Origin: Eledone cirrhosa
Lineage: Eukaryota
NCBI GenBank assembly: GCA_964016885.1
Contig: OZ024743.1
Location: forward strand, 183,768,001-183,832,000
Length of the DNA stretch: 64,000 nucleotides
Direction of reading: 5' to 3'
Part shown: positions 1 through 15,000 of the stretch, in pieces
How positions within the stretch are numbered: the stretch's first letter is position 1
Layout: each line of letters begins with the position of its first letter
Program-made: the position numbers and the translations under genes
Notes under the pieces: generated by a model
The model's database searches: none
Told to the model about the DNA's origin: nothing
The model's input: the letters and a program-made list of their open reading frames with translations, nothing else

Positions 1-3000
1 AAGACATGCCTAGTGTCTATAACAAGACATACCTAGTGTCTATAAACAAGATATACCTAGTGTCTATAACACGACATACCTAGTGTCTATAACAAGATAT
101 ACCTAGTGTCTATAACAAGACATACCTAGTGTCTATAACAAGATATACCTAGTGTCTATAACAAGATATACCTAGTGTCTATTATAGGATATACCTAGTG
201 TCTATAACAAGATATACCTAGTGTCTATAACAAGACGTACCTAGTGTCTATAACAAGACATACCTAGTGTCTATAACAAGACATACCTAGTGTCTATAAC
301 AAGACATACCTAGTGTCTATAACTAGATATACCTAGTGTCTATAACAAGACATACCTAGAGTCTATAACAAGATATACCTAGTGTCTATAACAAGATATA
401 CCTAGTGTCTATAACAAGATATACCTAGTGTCTATAACAAGATATACCTAGTGTCTATAACAAGACATACCTAGTGTCTATACCAAGACATACCTAGTGT
501 CTATCACAAGAGAAACCTAGTGTCTATAACAAGATATACCTAGTGTCTATAACAAGATATACCTAGTGTCTATAACAAGATATACCTAGTGTCTATGACA
601 AGATATACCTAGTGTCTATAACAAGACATACCTAGTGTCTATAACAAGATATACCTAGTGTCTATAACAAGACGTACCTAGTGTCTATAACAAGATGTAC
701 CTAGTGTCTATAACAAGATATACCTAGTGTCTATAACAAGATATACCTAGTGTCTATAACAAGACATACCTAGTGTGTATAACAAGACATACCTAGTGTC
801 TATAACAAGACATACCTAGTGTCTATAACAAGATATACCTAGTGTATATAACAAGATATACCTAGTGTCTATAACAAGATATACCTAGTGTCTATAACAA
901 GACATACCTAGTGTCTATAACAAGATATACCTAGTGTCTATAACAAGATATACCTAGTGTCTATTATAGGATATACCTAGTGTCTATAACAAGACATACC
1001 TAGTGTCTAGAACAAGATATACCTAGTGTCTATAACAATACATACCTAGTGTCTATAACAAGACATACCTAGTGTCTACAACAAGACATACCTAGTGTCT
1101 ATAACAAGACATACCTAGTGTCTATAACAAGACATACCTAGTGTCTATAACAAGACATACCTAGTGTCTATAACAAGACATACCTAGTGTCTATAACAAG
1201 ATATACCTAGTGCCTATAACAATATATACCTAGTGTCTATAACAAGACATGCCTAGTGTCTATAACAAGATATACCTAGTGTCTATAACAAGACATGCCT
1301 AGTGTCTATAACAAGATATACCTAGTGTCTATAACAAGACATACCTAGTGTCTATAACAAGATATACCTAGTGTCTATAACAAGATATACCTAGTGTCTA
1401 TAACAAGACATACCTAGTGTCTACAACAAGATATACCTAGTGTCTATAACAAGACGTACCTAGTGTCTATAACAAGACATACCTAGTGTCTATAACAAGA
1501 TATACCTAGTGTCTATAACAAGATATACCTAGTATCTATAACAAGATGTACCTCGTGTCTATAACAAGACATACCTAGTGTCTATAACAATACATACCTA
1601 GTGTCTATAACAAGACATACCTAGTGTCTATAACAAGACATACCTAGTGTCTATAACAAGACATACCTAGTGTCTATAACAAGACATACCTAGTGTCTAT
1701 AACAAGACATACCTAGTGTCTATAACAAGATATACCTAGTGCCTATAACAAGATATACCTAGTGTCTATAACAAGACATACCTAGTGTCTATAAACAAGA
1801 TATACCTAGTGTCTATAACACGACATACCTAGTGTCTATAACAAGATATACCTAGTGTCTATAACAAGACATACCTAGTGTCTATAACAAGACATCCTTA
1901 GTGTCTATAACAAGATATACCTAGTGTCTATTATAGGATATACCTAGTGTCTATAACAAGACATACCTAGTGTCTATAACAAGATATACCTAGTGTCTAT
2001 AACAATACATACCTAGTGTCTATAACAAGACATACCTAGTGTCTACAACAAGACATACCTAGTGTCTATAACAAGACATAGCTAGTGTCTATAACAAGAC
2101 ATACCTAGTGTCTATAACAAGACATACCTAGTGTCTACAACAAGACATACCTAGTGTCTATAACAAGACATACCTAGTGTCTATAACAAGACATACCTAG
2201 TGTCTACAACAAGACATACCTAGTGTCTACAACAAGACATACCTAGTGTCTATAACAAGATATACCTAGTGCCTATAACAAGATATACCTAGTGCCTATA
2301 ACAAGATATACCTAGTGTCTATAACAAGACATACCTAGTGTCTATAAACAAGATATACCTAGTGTCTATAACACGACATACCTAGTGTCTATAACAAGAT
2401 ATACCTAGTGTCTATAACAAGACATACCTAGTGTCTATAACAAGATATACCTAGTGTCTATAACAAGATATACCTAGTGTCTATTATAGGATATACCTAG
2501 TGTCTATAACAAGACATACCTAGTGTCTATAACAAGATATACCTAGTGTCTATAACAATACATACCTAGTGTCTATAACAAGACATACCTAGTGTCTACA
2601 ACAAGACATACCTAGTGTCTATAACAAGACATACCTAGTGTCTATAACAAGACAAACCTAGTGTCTATAACAAGATGTACCTAGTGTCTATAACAAGATA
2701 TACCTAGTGTCTATAACAAGACATACCTAGTGTCTATAACAAGATATACCTAGTGTCTATAACAAGACATATCTAGTGTCTATAACAAGACATACCTAGT
2801 GTCTATAACAAGACATACCTAGTGTCTATAACAAGACATACCTAGTGTCTATAACAAGATATACCTAGTGCCTATAACAAGATATACCTAGTGTCTATAA
2901 CAAGACATGCCTAGTGTCTATAACAAGATATACCTAGAGTCTATAACAAGACATGCCTAGTGTCTATAACAAGACATACCTAGTGTCTATAAACAAGATA

Positions 3001-6000
3001 TACCTAGTGTCTATAACACGACATACCTAGTGTCTATAACAAGATATACCTAGTGTCTATAACAAGACATACCTAGTGTCTATAACAAGATATACCTAGT
3101 GTCTATAACAAGATATACCTAGTGTCTATTATAGGATATACCTAGTGTCTATAACAAGATATACCTAGTATCTATTATAGGATATACCTAGTGTCTATAA
3201 CAAGACATACCTAGTGTCTATAACAAGATATACCTAGTGTCTATAACAATACAAACCTAGTGTCTATAACAAGACATACCTAGTGTTTTTGACAAGACAT
3301 ACCTAGTGTCTATAACAATACATACCTAGTGTCTATAACAAGACATACCTAGTGTCTATAACAAGACATACCTAGTGTCTATAACAAGACATACCTAGTG
3401 TCTATAACAAGACATACCTAGTGTCTATAACAAGATATACCTAGTGCCTATAACAAGATATACCTAGTGTCTATAACAAGACATGCCTAGTGTCTATAAC
3501 AAGATATACCTAGAGTCTATAACAAGACATGCCTAGTGTCTATAACAAGACATACCTAGTGTCTATAAACAAGATATACCTAGTGTCTATAACAAGACAT
3601 CCTTAGTGTCTATAACAAGACATACCTAGTGTCTATAACAAGATATACCTAGTGTCTATAACAATACATGCCTAGTGTCTATAACAAGACATACCTAGTG
3701 TTTTTGACAAGACATACCTAGTGTCTATAACAATACATGCCTAGTGTTTTTGACAAGACATACCTAGTGTCTATAACAAGACATACCTAGTGTCTATAAC
3801 AAGACATACCTAGTGTCTACAACAAGACATACCTAGTGTCTATAACAAGATATACCTAGTGCCTATAACAAGATATACCTAGTGTCTATAACAAGACATA
3901 CCTAGTGTCTATAAACAAGATATACCTAGTGTCTATAACACGACATACCTAGTGTCTATAACAAGATATACCTAGTGTCTATAACAAGACATACCTAGTG
4001 TCTATAACAAGATATACCTAGTGTCTATAACAAGATATACCTAGTGTCTATTATAGGATATACCTAGTGTCTATAACAAGACATACCTAGTGTCTATAAC
4101 AAGATATACCTAGTGTCTATAACAATACATACCTAGTGTCTATAACAAGACATACCTAGTGTCTACAACAAGACATACCTAGTGTCTATAACAAGTCATA
4201 ACTAGTGTCTATAACAAGACATACCTAGTGTCTATAACAAGACATACCTAGTGTCTATAACAAGATATACCTAGTGCCTATAACAATATATACCTAGTGT
4301 CTATAACAAGACATGCCTAGTGTCTATAACAAGATATACCTAGTGTCTATAACAAGACATGCCTAGTGTCTATAACAAGATATACCTAGTGTCTATAACA
4401 AGACATACCTAGTGTCTATAACAAGATATACCTAGTGTCTATAACAAGATATACCTAGTGTCTATTATAGGATATACCTAGTGTCTATAACAAGATATAC
4501 CTAGTGTCTATAACAAGACGTACCTAGTGTCTATAACAAGACATACCTAGTGTCTATAACAAGATATACCTAGTGTCTATAACAAGATATACCTAGTATC
4601 TATAACAAGATGTACCTAGTGTCTATAACAAGACATACCTAGTGTCTATAACAAGACATACCTAGTGTCTATAACAAGACATACCTAGTGTCTATAACAA
4701 GACAAACGTAGTGTCTATAACAAGATGTACCTAGTGTCTATAACAAGATATACCTAGTGTCTATAACAAGACATACCTAGTGTCTATAACAAGATATACC
4801 TAGTGTCTATAACAAGACATACCTAGTGTCTATAACAAGACATACCTAGTGTCTATAACAAGACATACCTAGTGTCTATAACAAGACATACCTAGTGTCT
4901 ATAACAAGATATACCTAGTTCCTATAACAAGATATACCTAGTGTCTATAACAAGACATGCCTAGTGTCTATAACAAGATATACCTAGAGTCTATAACAAG
5001 ACATGCCTAGTGTCTATAACAAGACATACCTAGTGTCTATAAACAAGATATACCTAGTGTCTATAACACGACATACCTAGTGTCTATAACAAGATATACC
5101 TAGTGTCTATAACAAGACATACCTAGTGTCTATAACAAGATATACCTAGTGTCTATAACAAGATATACCTAGTGTCTATTATAGGATATACCTAGTGTCT
5201 ATAACAAGATATACCTAGTGTCTATTATAGGATATACCTAGTGTCTATAACAAGACATACCTAGTGTCTATAACAAGATATACCTAGTGTCTATAACAAT
5301 ACAAACCTAGTGTCTATAACAAGACATACCTAGTGTTTTTGACAAGACATACCTAGTGTCTATAACAATACATGCCTAGTGTTTTTGACAAGACATACCT
5401 AGTGTCTATAACAAGACATACCTAGTGTCTATAACAAGACATACCTAGTGTCTATAACAAGACATAGCTAGTGTCTATAACAAGACATACCTAGTGTCTA
5501 TAACAAGACATACCTAGTGTCTACAACAAGACATACCTAGTGTCTATAACAAGACATACCTAGTGTCTATAACAAGACATACCTAGTGTCTATAACAAGA
5601 CATACCTAGTGTCTATAACAAGACATACCTAGTGCCTGTAACAAGATATACCTAGTGTCTATAACAAGACATGCCTAGTGTCTATAACAAGATATACCTA
5701 GTGTCTATAACAAGACATGCCTAGTGTCTATAACAAGACATACCTAGTGTCTATAAACAAGATATACCTAGTGTCTATAACACGACATACCTAGTGTCTA
5801 TAACAAGATATACCTAGTGTCTATAACAAGACATACCTAGTGTCTATAACAAGATATACCTAGTGTCTATAACAAGATATACCTAGTGTCTATTATAGGA
5901 TATACCTAGTGTCTATAACAAGATATACCTAGTGTCTATAACAAGACGTACCTAGTGTCTATAACAAGACATACCTAGTGTCTATAACAAGACATACCTA

Positions 6001-9000
6001 GTGTCTATAACAAGACATACCTAGTGTCTATAACTAGATATACCTAGTGTCTATAACAAGACATACCTAGAGTCTATAACAAGATATACCTAGTGTCTGT
6101 AACAAGATATACCTAGTGTCTATAACAAGATATACCTAGTGTCTATAACAAGATATACCTAGTGTCTATAACAAGACATACCTAGTGTCTATACCAAGAC
6201 ATACCTAGTGTCTATAACAAGAGAAACCTAGTGTCTATAACAAGATATACCTAGTGTCTATAACAAGATATACCTAGTGTCTATAACAAGATATACCTAG
6301 TGTCTATGACAAGATATACCTAGTGTCTATAACAAGACATACCTAGTGTCTATAACAAGATATACCTAGTGTCTATAACAAGACGTACCTAGTGTCTATA
6401 ACAAGATGTACCTAGTGTCTATAACAAGATATACCTAGTGTCTATAACAAGATATACCTAGTGTCTATAACAAGACATACCTAGTGTGTATAACAAGACA
6501 TACCTAGTGTCTATAACAAGACATACCTAGTGTCTATAACAAGATATACCTAGTCTATATAACAAGATATACCTAGTGTCTATAACAAGACATACCTAGT
6601 GTCTATAACAAGATGTACCTAGTATCTATAACGAGATATCCCCACTGTGTATAACATGACATACTTAGTGTCTATAACAAGCCATACCTAGTGTCTATAA
6701 CAAGACATACTTAGTGTCTATAACAAGACATACCTAGTGTCTATAACAAGACATGCCTAGTGTCTATAACAAGACATACCTAGTGTTTTTGACAAGACAT
6801 ACCTAGTGTCTATAACAATACATGCCTAGTGTTTTTGACAAGACATACCTAGTGTCTATAACAAGACATACCTAGTGTCTATAACAAGACATACCTAGTG
6901 TCTACAACAAGACATACCTAGTGTCTATAACAAGATATACCTAGTGCCTATAACAAGATATACCTAGTGTCTATAACAAGACATGCCTAGTGTCTATAAC
7001 AAGATATACCTAGTGTCTATAACAAGACATGCCTAGTGTCTATAACAAGACATACCTAGTGTCTATAAACAAGATATACCTAGTGTCTATAACACGACAT
7101 ACCTAGTGTCTATAACAAGATATACCTAGTGTTTATAACAAGACATACCTAGTGTCTATAACAAGATATACCTAGTGTCTATAACAAGATATACCTAGTG
7201 TCTATTATAGGATATACCTAGTGTCTATAACAAGACATACCTAGTGTCTATAACAAGATATACCTAGTGTCTATAACAATACATACCTAGTGTCTATAAC
7301 AAGACATACCTAGTGTTTTTGACAAGACATACCTAGTGTCTATAACAAGACATACCTAGTGTCTATAACAAGACATAGCTAGTGTCTATAACAAGACATA
7401 CCTAGTGTCTATAACAAGACATACCTAGTGTCTACAACAAGACATACCTAGTGTCTATAACAAGACATACCTAGTGTCTATAACAAGACATACCTAGTGT
7501 CTATAACAAGACATACCTAGTGTCTATAACAAGATATACCTAGTGCCTATAAGAAGATATACCTAGTGTCTATAACAAGACATACCTAGTGTCTATAACA
7601 AGATATACCTAGTGTCTATAACAAGATATACCTAGTGTCTATTATAGGATATACCTAGTGTCTATAACAAGATATACCTAGTATCTATAACAAGACGTAC
7701 CTAGTGTCTATAACAAGACATACCTAGTGTCTATAACAAGATATACCTAGTGTCTATAACAAGATATACCTAGTGTCTATAACAAGATGTACCTAGTGTC
7801 TATAACAAGACGTACCTAGTGTCTATAACAAGACATACCTAGTGTCTATAACAAGACATACCTAGTGTCTATAACAAGACAAACCTAGTGTCTATAACAA
7901 GATAAACCTAGTGTCTATAACAAGATATACCTAGTGTCTATAACAAGACATACCTAGTGTCTATAACAAGATATACCTAGTGTCTATAACAAGACATACC
8001 AGGTGTCTATAACAAGATATACCTAGTGTCTATAACAAGATATACCTAGTGTCGATTATAGGATATACCTAGTGTCTATAACAAGATATACCTAGTGTCT
8101 ATAACAAGACGTACCTAGTGTCTATAACAAGACATACCTAGTGTCTATAACAAGATATACCTAGTGTCTATAACAAGATATACCTAGTGTCTATAACAAG
8201 ATGTACCTAGTGTCTATAACAAGCCGTACCTAGTGTCTATAACAAGACATACCTAGTGTCTATAACAAGACATACCTAGTGTCTATAACAAGACAAACCT
8301 AGTGTCTATAACAAGATATACCTAGTGTCTATAACAAGATATACCTAGTGTCTATAACAGGTCATACCTAGTGTCTATAACAAGATATACCTAGTGTCTA
8401 TAACAAGACATACCTAGTGTCTATAACAAGACATACCTAGTGTCTATAACAAGACATGCCTAGTGTCTATAACAAGACATACCTAGTGTCTATAAACAAG
8501 ATATACCTAGTGTCTATAACACGACATACCTAGTGTCTATAACAAGATATACCTAGTGTCTATAACAAGACATACCTAGTGTCTATAACAAGATAAACCT
8601 AGTGTCTATAACAAGATATACCTAGTGTCTATTATAGGATATACCTAGTGTCTATAACAACATATACCTAGTGTCTATTATAGGATATACCTAGTGTCTA
8701 TAACAAGACATACCTAGTGTCTATAACAAGATATACCTAGTGTCTATAACAATACATACCTAGTGTCTATAACAAGACATACCTAGTGTTTTTGACAAGA
8801 CATACCTAGTGTCTATAACAATACATGCCTAGTGTTTTTGACAAGACATACCTAGTGTCTATAACAAGACATACCTAGTGTCTATAACAAGACATACCTA
8901 GTGTCTATAACAAGACATAGCTAGTGTCTATAACAAGACATAACTAGTGTCTATAACAAGACATACCTAGTGTCTACAACAAGACATACCTAGTGTCTAT

Positions 9001-12000
9001 AACAAGACATACCTAGTGTCTATAACAAGACATACCTAGTGTCTATAACAAGACATACCTAGTGTCTATAACAAGACATACCTAGTGTCTATAACAAGAC
9101 ATACCTAGTGTCTATAACAAGATATACCTAGTGCCTATAACAAGATATACCTAGTGTCTATAACAAGACATGCCTAGTGTCTATAACAAGATATACCTAG
9201 TGTCTATAACAAGACATGCCTAGTGTCTATAACAAGACATACCTAGTGTCTATAAACAAGATATACCTAGTGTCTATAACACGACATACCTAGTGTCTAT
9301 AGCAAGATATACCTAGTGTCTATAACAAGACATACCTAGTGTCTATAACAAGATATACCTAGTGTCTATAACAAGATATACCTAGTGTCTATTATAGGAT
9401 ATACCTAGTGTCTATAACAAGATATACCTAGTGTCTATAACAAGACGTACCTAGTGTCTATAACAAGACATACCTAGTGTTTTTGACAAGACATACCTAG
9501 TGTCTATAACAATACATGCCTAGTGTTTTTGACAAGACATACCTAGTGTCTATAACAAGACATACCTAGTGTCTATAACAAGACATACCTAGTGTCTATA
9601 ACAAGACATAGCTAGTGTCTATAACAAGACATAACTAGTGTCTATAACAAGACATACCTAGTGTCTACAGCAAGACATACCTAGTGTCTATAACAAGACA
9701 TACCTAGTGTCTATAACAAGACATACCTAGTGTCTATAACAAGACATACCTAGTGTCTATAACAAGACATACCTAGTGTCTATAACAAGACATACCTAGT
9801 GTCTATAACAAGATATACCTAGTGCCTATAACAAGATATACCTAGTGTCTATAACAAGACATGCCTAGTGTCTATAACAAGATATACCTAGTGTCTATAA
9901 CAAGACATGCCTAGTGTCTATAACAAGACATACCTAGTGTCTATAAACAAGATATACCTAGTGTCTATAACACGACATACCTAGTGTCTATAGCAAGATA
10001 TACCTAGTGTCTATAACAAGACATACCTAGTGTCTATAACAAGATATACCTAGTGTCTATAACAAGATATACCTAGTGTCTATTATAGGATATACCTAGT
10101 GTCTATAACAAGATATACCTAGTGTCTATAACAAGACGTACCTAGTGTCTATAACAAGACATACCTAGTGTCTATAACAAGATATACCTAGTGTCTATAA
10201 CAAGATATACCTAGTGTCTATAACAAGATGTATCTAGTGTCTATAACAAGATGTACCTAGTGTCTATAACAAGACGTACCTAGTGTCTATAACAAGACAT
10301 ACCTAGTGTCTATAACAAGACATACCTAGTGTCTATAACAAGACAAACCTAGTGTCTATAACAAGATATACCTAGTGTCTATAACAAGATATACCTAGTG
10401 TCTATAACAAGACATACCTAGTGTCTATAACAAGACATACCTAGTGTCTATAACAAGACATACCTAGTGTCTATAACAAGACATACCTAGTGTCTATAAC
10501 AAGACATACCTAGTGTCTATAACAAGACATACCTAGTGTCTATAACAAGACATACCTAGTGTCTATAACAAGATATACCTAGTGCCTATAACAAGATATA
10601 CCTAGTGTCTATAACAAGACATGCCTAGTGTCTATAACAAGATATACCTAGTGTCTATAACAAGACATGCCTAGTGTCTATAACAAGACATACCTAGTGT
10701 CTATAAACAAGATATACCTAGTGTCTATAACACGACATACCTAGAGTCTATAACAAGATATACCTAGTGTCTATAACAAGACATACCTAGTGTCTATAAC
10801 AAGATATACCTCGTGTCTATTATAGGATATACCTAGTGTCTATAACAAGATATACCTAGTGTCTATTATAGGATATACCTAGTGTCTATAACAAGACATA
10901 CCTAGTGTCTATCACAAGATATACCTAGTGTCTATAACAATACATACCTAGTGTCTATAACAAGACATACCTAGTGTTTTTGACAAGACATACCTAGTGT
11001 CTATAACAATACATGCCTAGTGTTTTTGACAAGACATACCTAGTGTCTATAACAAGACATACCTAGTGTCTATAACAAGACATACCTAGTGTCTATAACA
11101 AGACATGGCTAGTGTCTATAACAAGACATACCTAGTGTCTATAACAAGACATACCTAGTGTCTACAACAAGACATACCTAGTGTCTATAACAAGACATAC
11201 CTAGTGTCTATAACAAGACATACCTAGTGTCTATAACAAGACATACCTAGTGTCTATAATAAGATATACCTAGTGCCTATAACAAGATATACCTAGTGTC
11301 TATAACAAGACATGCCTAGTGTCTATAACAAGATATACCTAGTGTCTATAACAAGACATGCCTAGTGTCTATAACAAGACATACCTAGTGTCTATAAACA
11401 AGATATACCTAGTGTCTATAACACGACATACCTAGTGTCTATAACAAGATATACCTAGTGTCTATAACAAGACATACCTAGTGTCTATAACAAGATATAC
11501 CTAGTGTCTATAACAAGATATACCTAGTGTCTATTATAGGATATACCTAGTGTCTATAACAAGATATACCTAGTGTCTATAACAAGACGTACCTAGTGTC
11601 TATAACAAGACATACCTAGTGTCTATAACAAGACATACCTAGTGTCTATAACAAGACATACCTAGTGTCTATAACAAGACATACCTAGTGTCTATAACTA
11701 GATATACCTAGTGTCTATAACAAGACATACCTAGTGTCTATAACAAGATATACCTAGTGTCTATAACAAGATATACCTAGTGTCTATAACAAGATATACC
11801 TAGTGTCTATAACAAGATATACCTAGTGTCTATAACAAGACATACCTAGTGTCTATAACAAGACATACCTAGTGTCTATAACAAGACAAACCTAGTGTCT
11901 ATAACAAGATATACCTAGTGTCTATAACAAGATATACCTAGTGTCTATAACAAGATATACCTAGTGTCTATAACAAGATATACCTAGTGTCTAGAACAAG

Positions 12001-15000
12001 ACATACCTAGTGTCTATAACAAGATATACCTAGTGTCTATAACAAGACGTACCTAGTGTCTATAACAAGATATACCTAGTGTCTATAACAAGATATACCT
12101 AGTGTCTATAACAGGACATACCTAGTGTCTATAACAAGACATACCTAGTGTCTATAACAAGACATACCTAGTGTCTATAACAAGATATACCTAGTGTCTA
12201 TAACAAGATATACCTAGTGTCTATAACAAGACATACCTAGTGTCTATAACAAGATGTACCTAGTGTCTATAACAAGATATCCCCACTGTGTATAACATGA
12301 CATACTTAGTGTCTATAACAAGACATACCTAGTGTCTATAACAAGACATACTTAGTGTCTATAACAAGACATACCTAGTGTCTATAACAAGATATACCTA
12401 GTGTCTATAACAATACATACCTAGTGTCTATAACAAGACATACCTAGTGTTTTTGACAAGACATACCTAGTGTCTATAACAATACATGCCTAGTGTTTTT
12501 GACAAGACATACCTAGTGTCTATAACAAGACATACCTAGTGTCTATAACAAGACATACCTAGAGTCTATAACAAGACATACCTAGTGTCTATAACAAGAC
12601 ATAGCTAGTGTCTATAACAAGACATACCTAGTGTCTATAACAAGACATACCTAGTGTCTACAACAAGACATACCTAGTGTCTATAACAAGACATACCTAG
12701 TGTCTATAACAAGACATACCTAGTGTCTATAACAAGACATACCTAGTGTCTATAACAAGATATACCTAGTGCCTATAACAAGATATACCTAGTTTCTATA
12801 ACAAGACATGCCTAGTGTCTATAACAAGATATACCTAGTGTCTATAACAAGACATGCCTAGTGTCTATAACAAGACATACCTAGTGTCTATAAACAAGAT
12901 ATACCTAGTGTCTATAACACGACATACCTAGTGTCTATAACAAGATATACCTAGTGTCTATAACAAGATATACCTAGTGTCTATAACAAGATATACCTAG
13001 TGTCTATTATAGGATATACCTAGTGTCTATAACAAGATATACCTAGTGTCTATAACAAGACGTACCTAGTGTCTATAACAAGACATACCTAGTGTCTATA
13101 ACAAGACATACCTAGTGTCTATAACAAGATGTACCTAGTGTCTATAACAAGACATACCTAGTGTCTATAACAAGACATACCTAGTGTCTATAACAAGACA
13201 AACCTAGTGTCTATGACAAGATATACCTAGTGTCTATAACAAGACATACCTAGTGTCTATAACAAGATATACCTAGTGTCTATAACAAGACGTACCTAGT
13301 GTCTATAACAAGATGTACCTAGTGTCTATAACAAGATATACCTAGTGTCTATAACAAGATATACCTAGTGTCTATAACAAGACATACCTAGTGTGTATAA
13401 CAAGACATACCTAGTGTCTATAACAAGACATACCTAGTGTCTATAACAAGATATACCTAGTCTATATAACAAGATATACCTAGTGTCTATAACAAGACAT
13501 ACCTAGTGTCTATAACAAGATGTACCTAGTATCTATAACGAGATATCCCCACTGTGTATAACATGACATACTTAGTGTCTATAACAAGCCATACCTAGTG
13601 TCTATAACAAGACATACTTAGTGTCTATAACAAGACATACCTAGTGTCTATAACAAGACATGCCTAGTGTCTATAACAAGACATACCTAGTGTTTTTGAC
13701 AAGACATACCTAGTGTCTATAACAATACATGCCTAGTGTTTTTGACAAGACATACCTAGTGTCTATAACAAGACATACCTAGTGTCTATAACAAGACATA
13801 CCTAGTGTCTACAACAAGACATACCTAGTGTCTATAACAAGATATACCTAGTGCCTATAACAAGATATACCTAGTGTCTATAACAAGACATGCCTAGTGT
13901 CTATAACAAGATATACCTAGTGTCTATAACAAGACATGCCTAGTGTCTATAACAAGACATACCTAGTGTCTATAAACAAGATATACCTAGTGTCTATAAC
14001 ACGACATACCTAGTGTCTATAACAAGATATACCTAGTGTTTATAACAAGACATACCTAGTGTCTATAACAAGATATACCTAGTGTCTATAACAAGATATA
14101 CCTAGTGTCTATTATAGGATATACCTAGTGTCTATAACAAGACATACCTAGTGTCTATAACAAGATATACCTAGTGTCTATAACAATACATACCTAGTGT
14201 CTATAACAAGACATACCTAGTGTTTTTGACAAGACATACCTAGTGTCTATAACAAGACATACCTAGTGTCTATAACAAGACATAGCTAGTGTCTATAACA
14301 AGACATACCTAGTGTCTATAACAAGACATACCTAGTGTCTACAACAAGACATACCTAGTGTCTATAACAAGACATACCTAGTGTCTATAACAAGACATAC
14401 CTAGTGTCTATAACAAGACATACCTAGTGTCTATAACAAGATATACCTAGTGCCTATAAGAAGATATACCTAGTGTCTATAACAAGACATACCTAGTGTC
14501 TATAACAAGATATACCTAGTGTCTATAACAAGATATACCTAGTGTCTATTATAGGATATACCTAGTGTCTATAACAAGATATACCTAGTATCTATAACAA
14601 GACGTACCTAGTGTCTATAACAAGACATACCTAGTGTCTATAACAAGATATACCTAGTGTCTATAACAAGATATACCTAGTGTCTATAACAAGATGTACC
14701 TAGTGTCTATAACAAGACGTACCTAGTGTCTATAACAAGACATACCTAGTGTCTATAACAAGACATACCTAGTGTCTATAACAAGACAAACCTAGTGTCT
14801 ATAACAAGATAAACCTAGTGTCTATAACAAGATATACCTAGTGTCTATAACAAGACATACCTAGTGTCTATAACAAGATATACCTAGTGTCTATAACAAG
14901 ACATACCAGGTGTCTATAACAAGATATACCTAGTGTCTATAACAAGATATACCTAGTGTCGATTATAGGATATACCTAGTGTCTATAACAAGATATACCT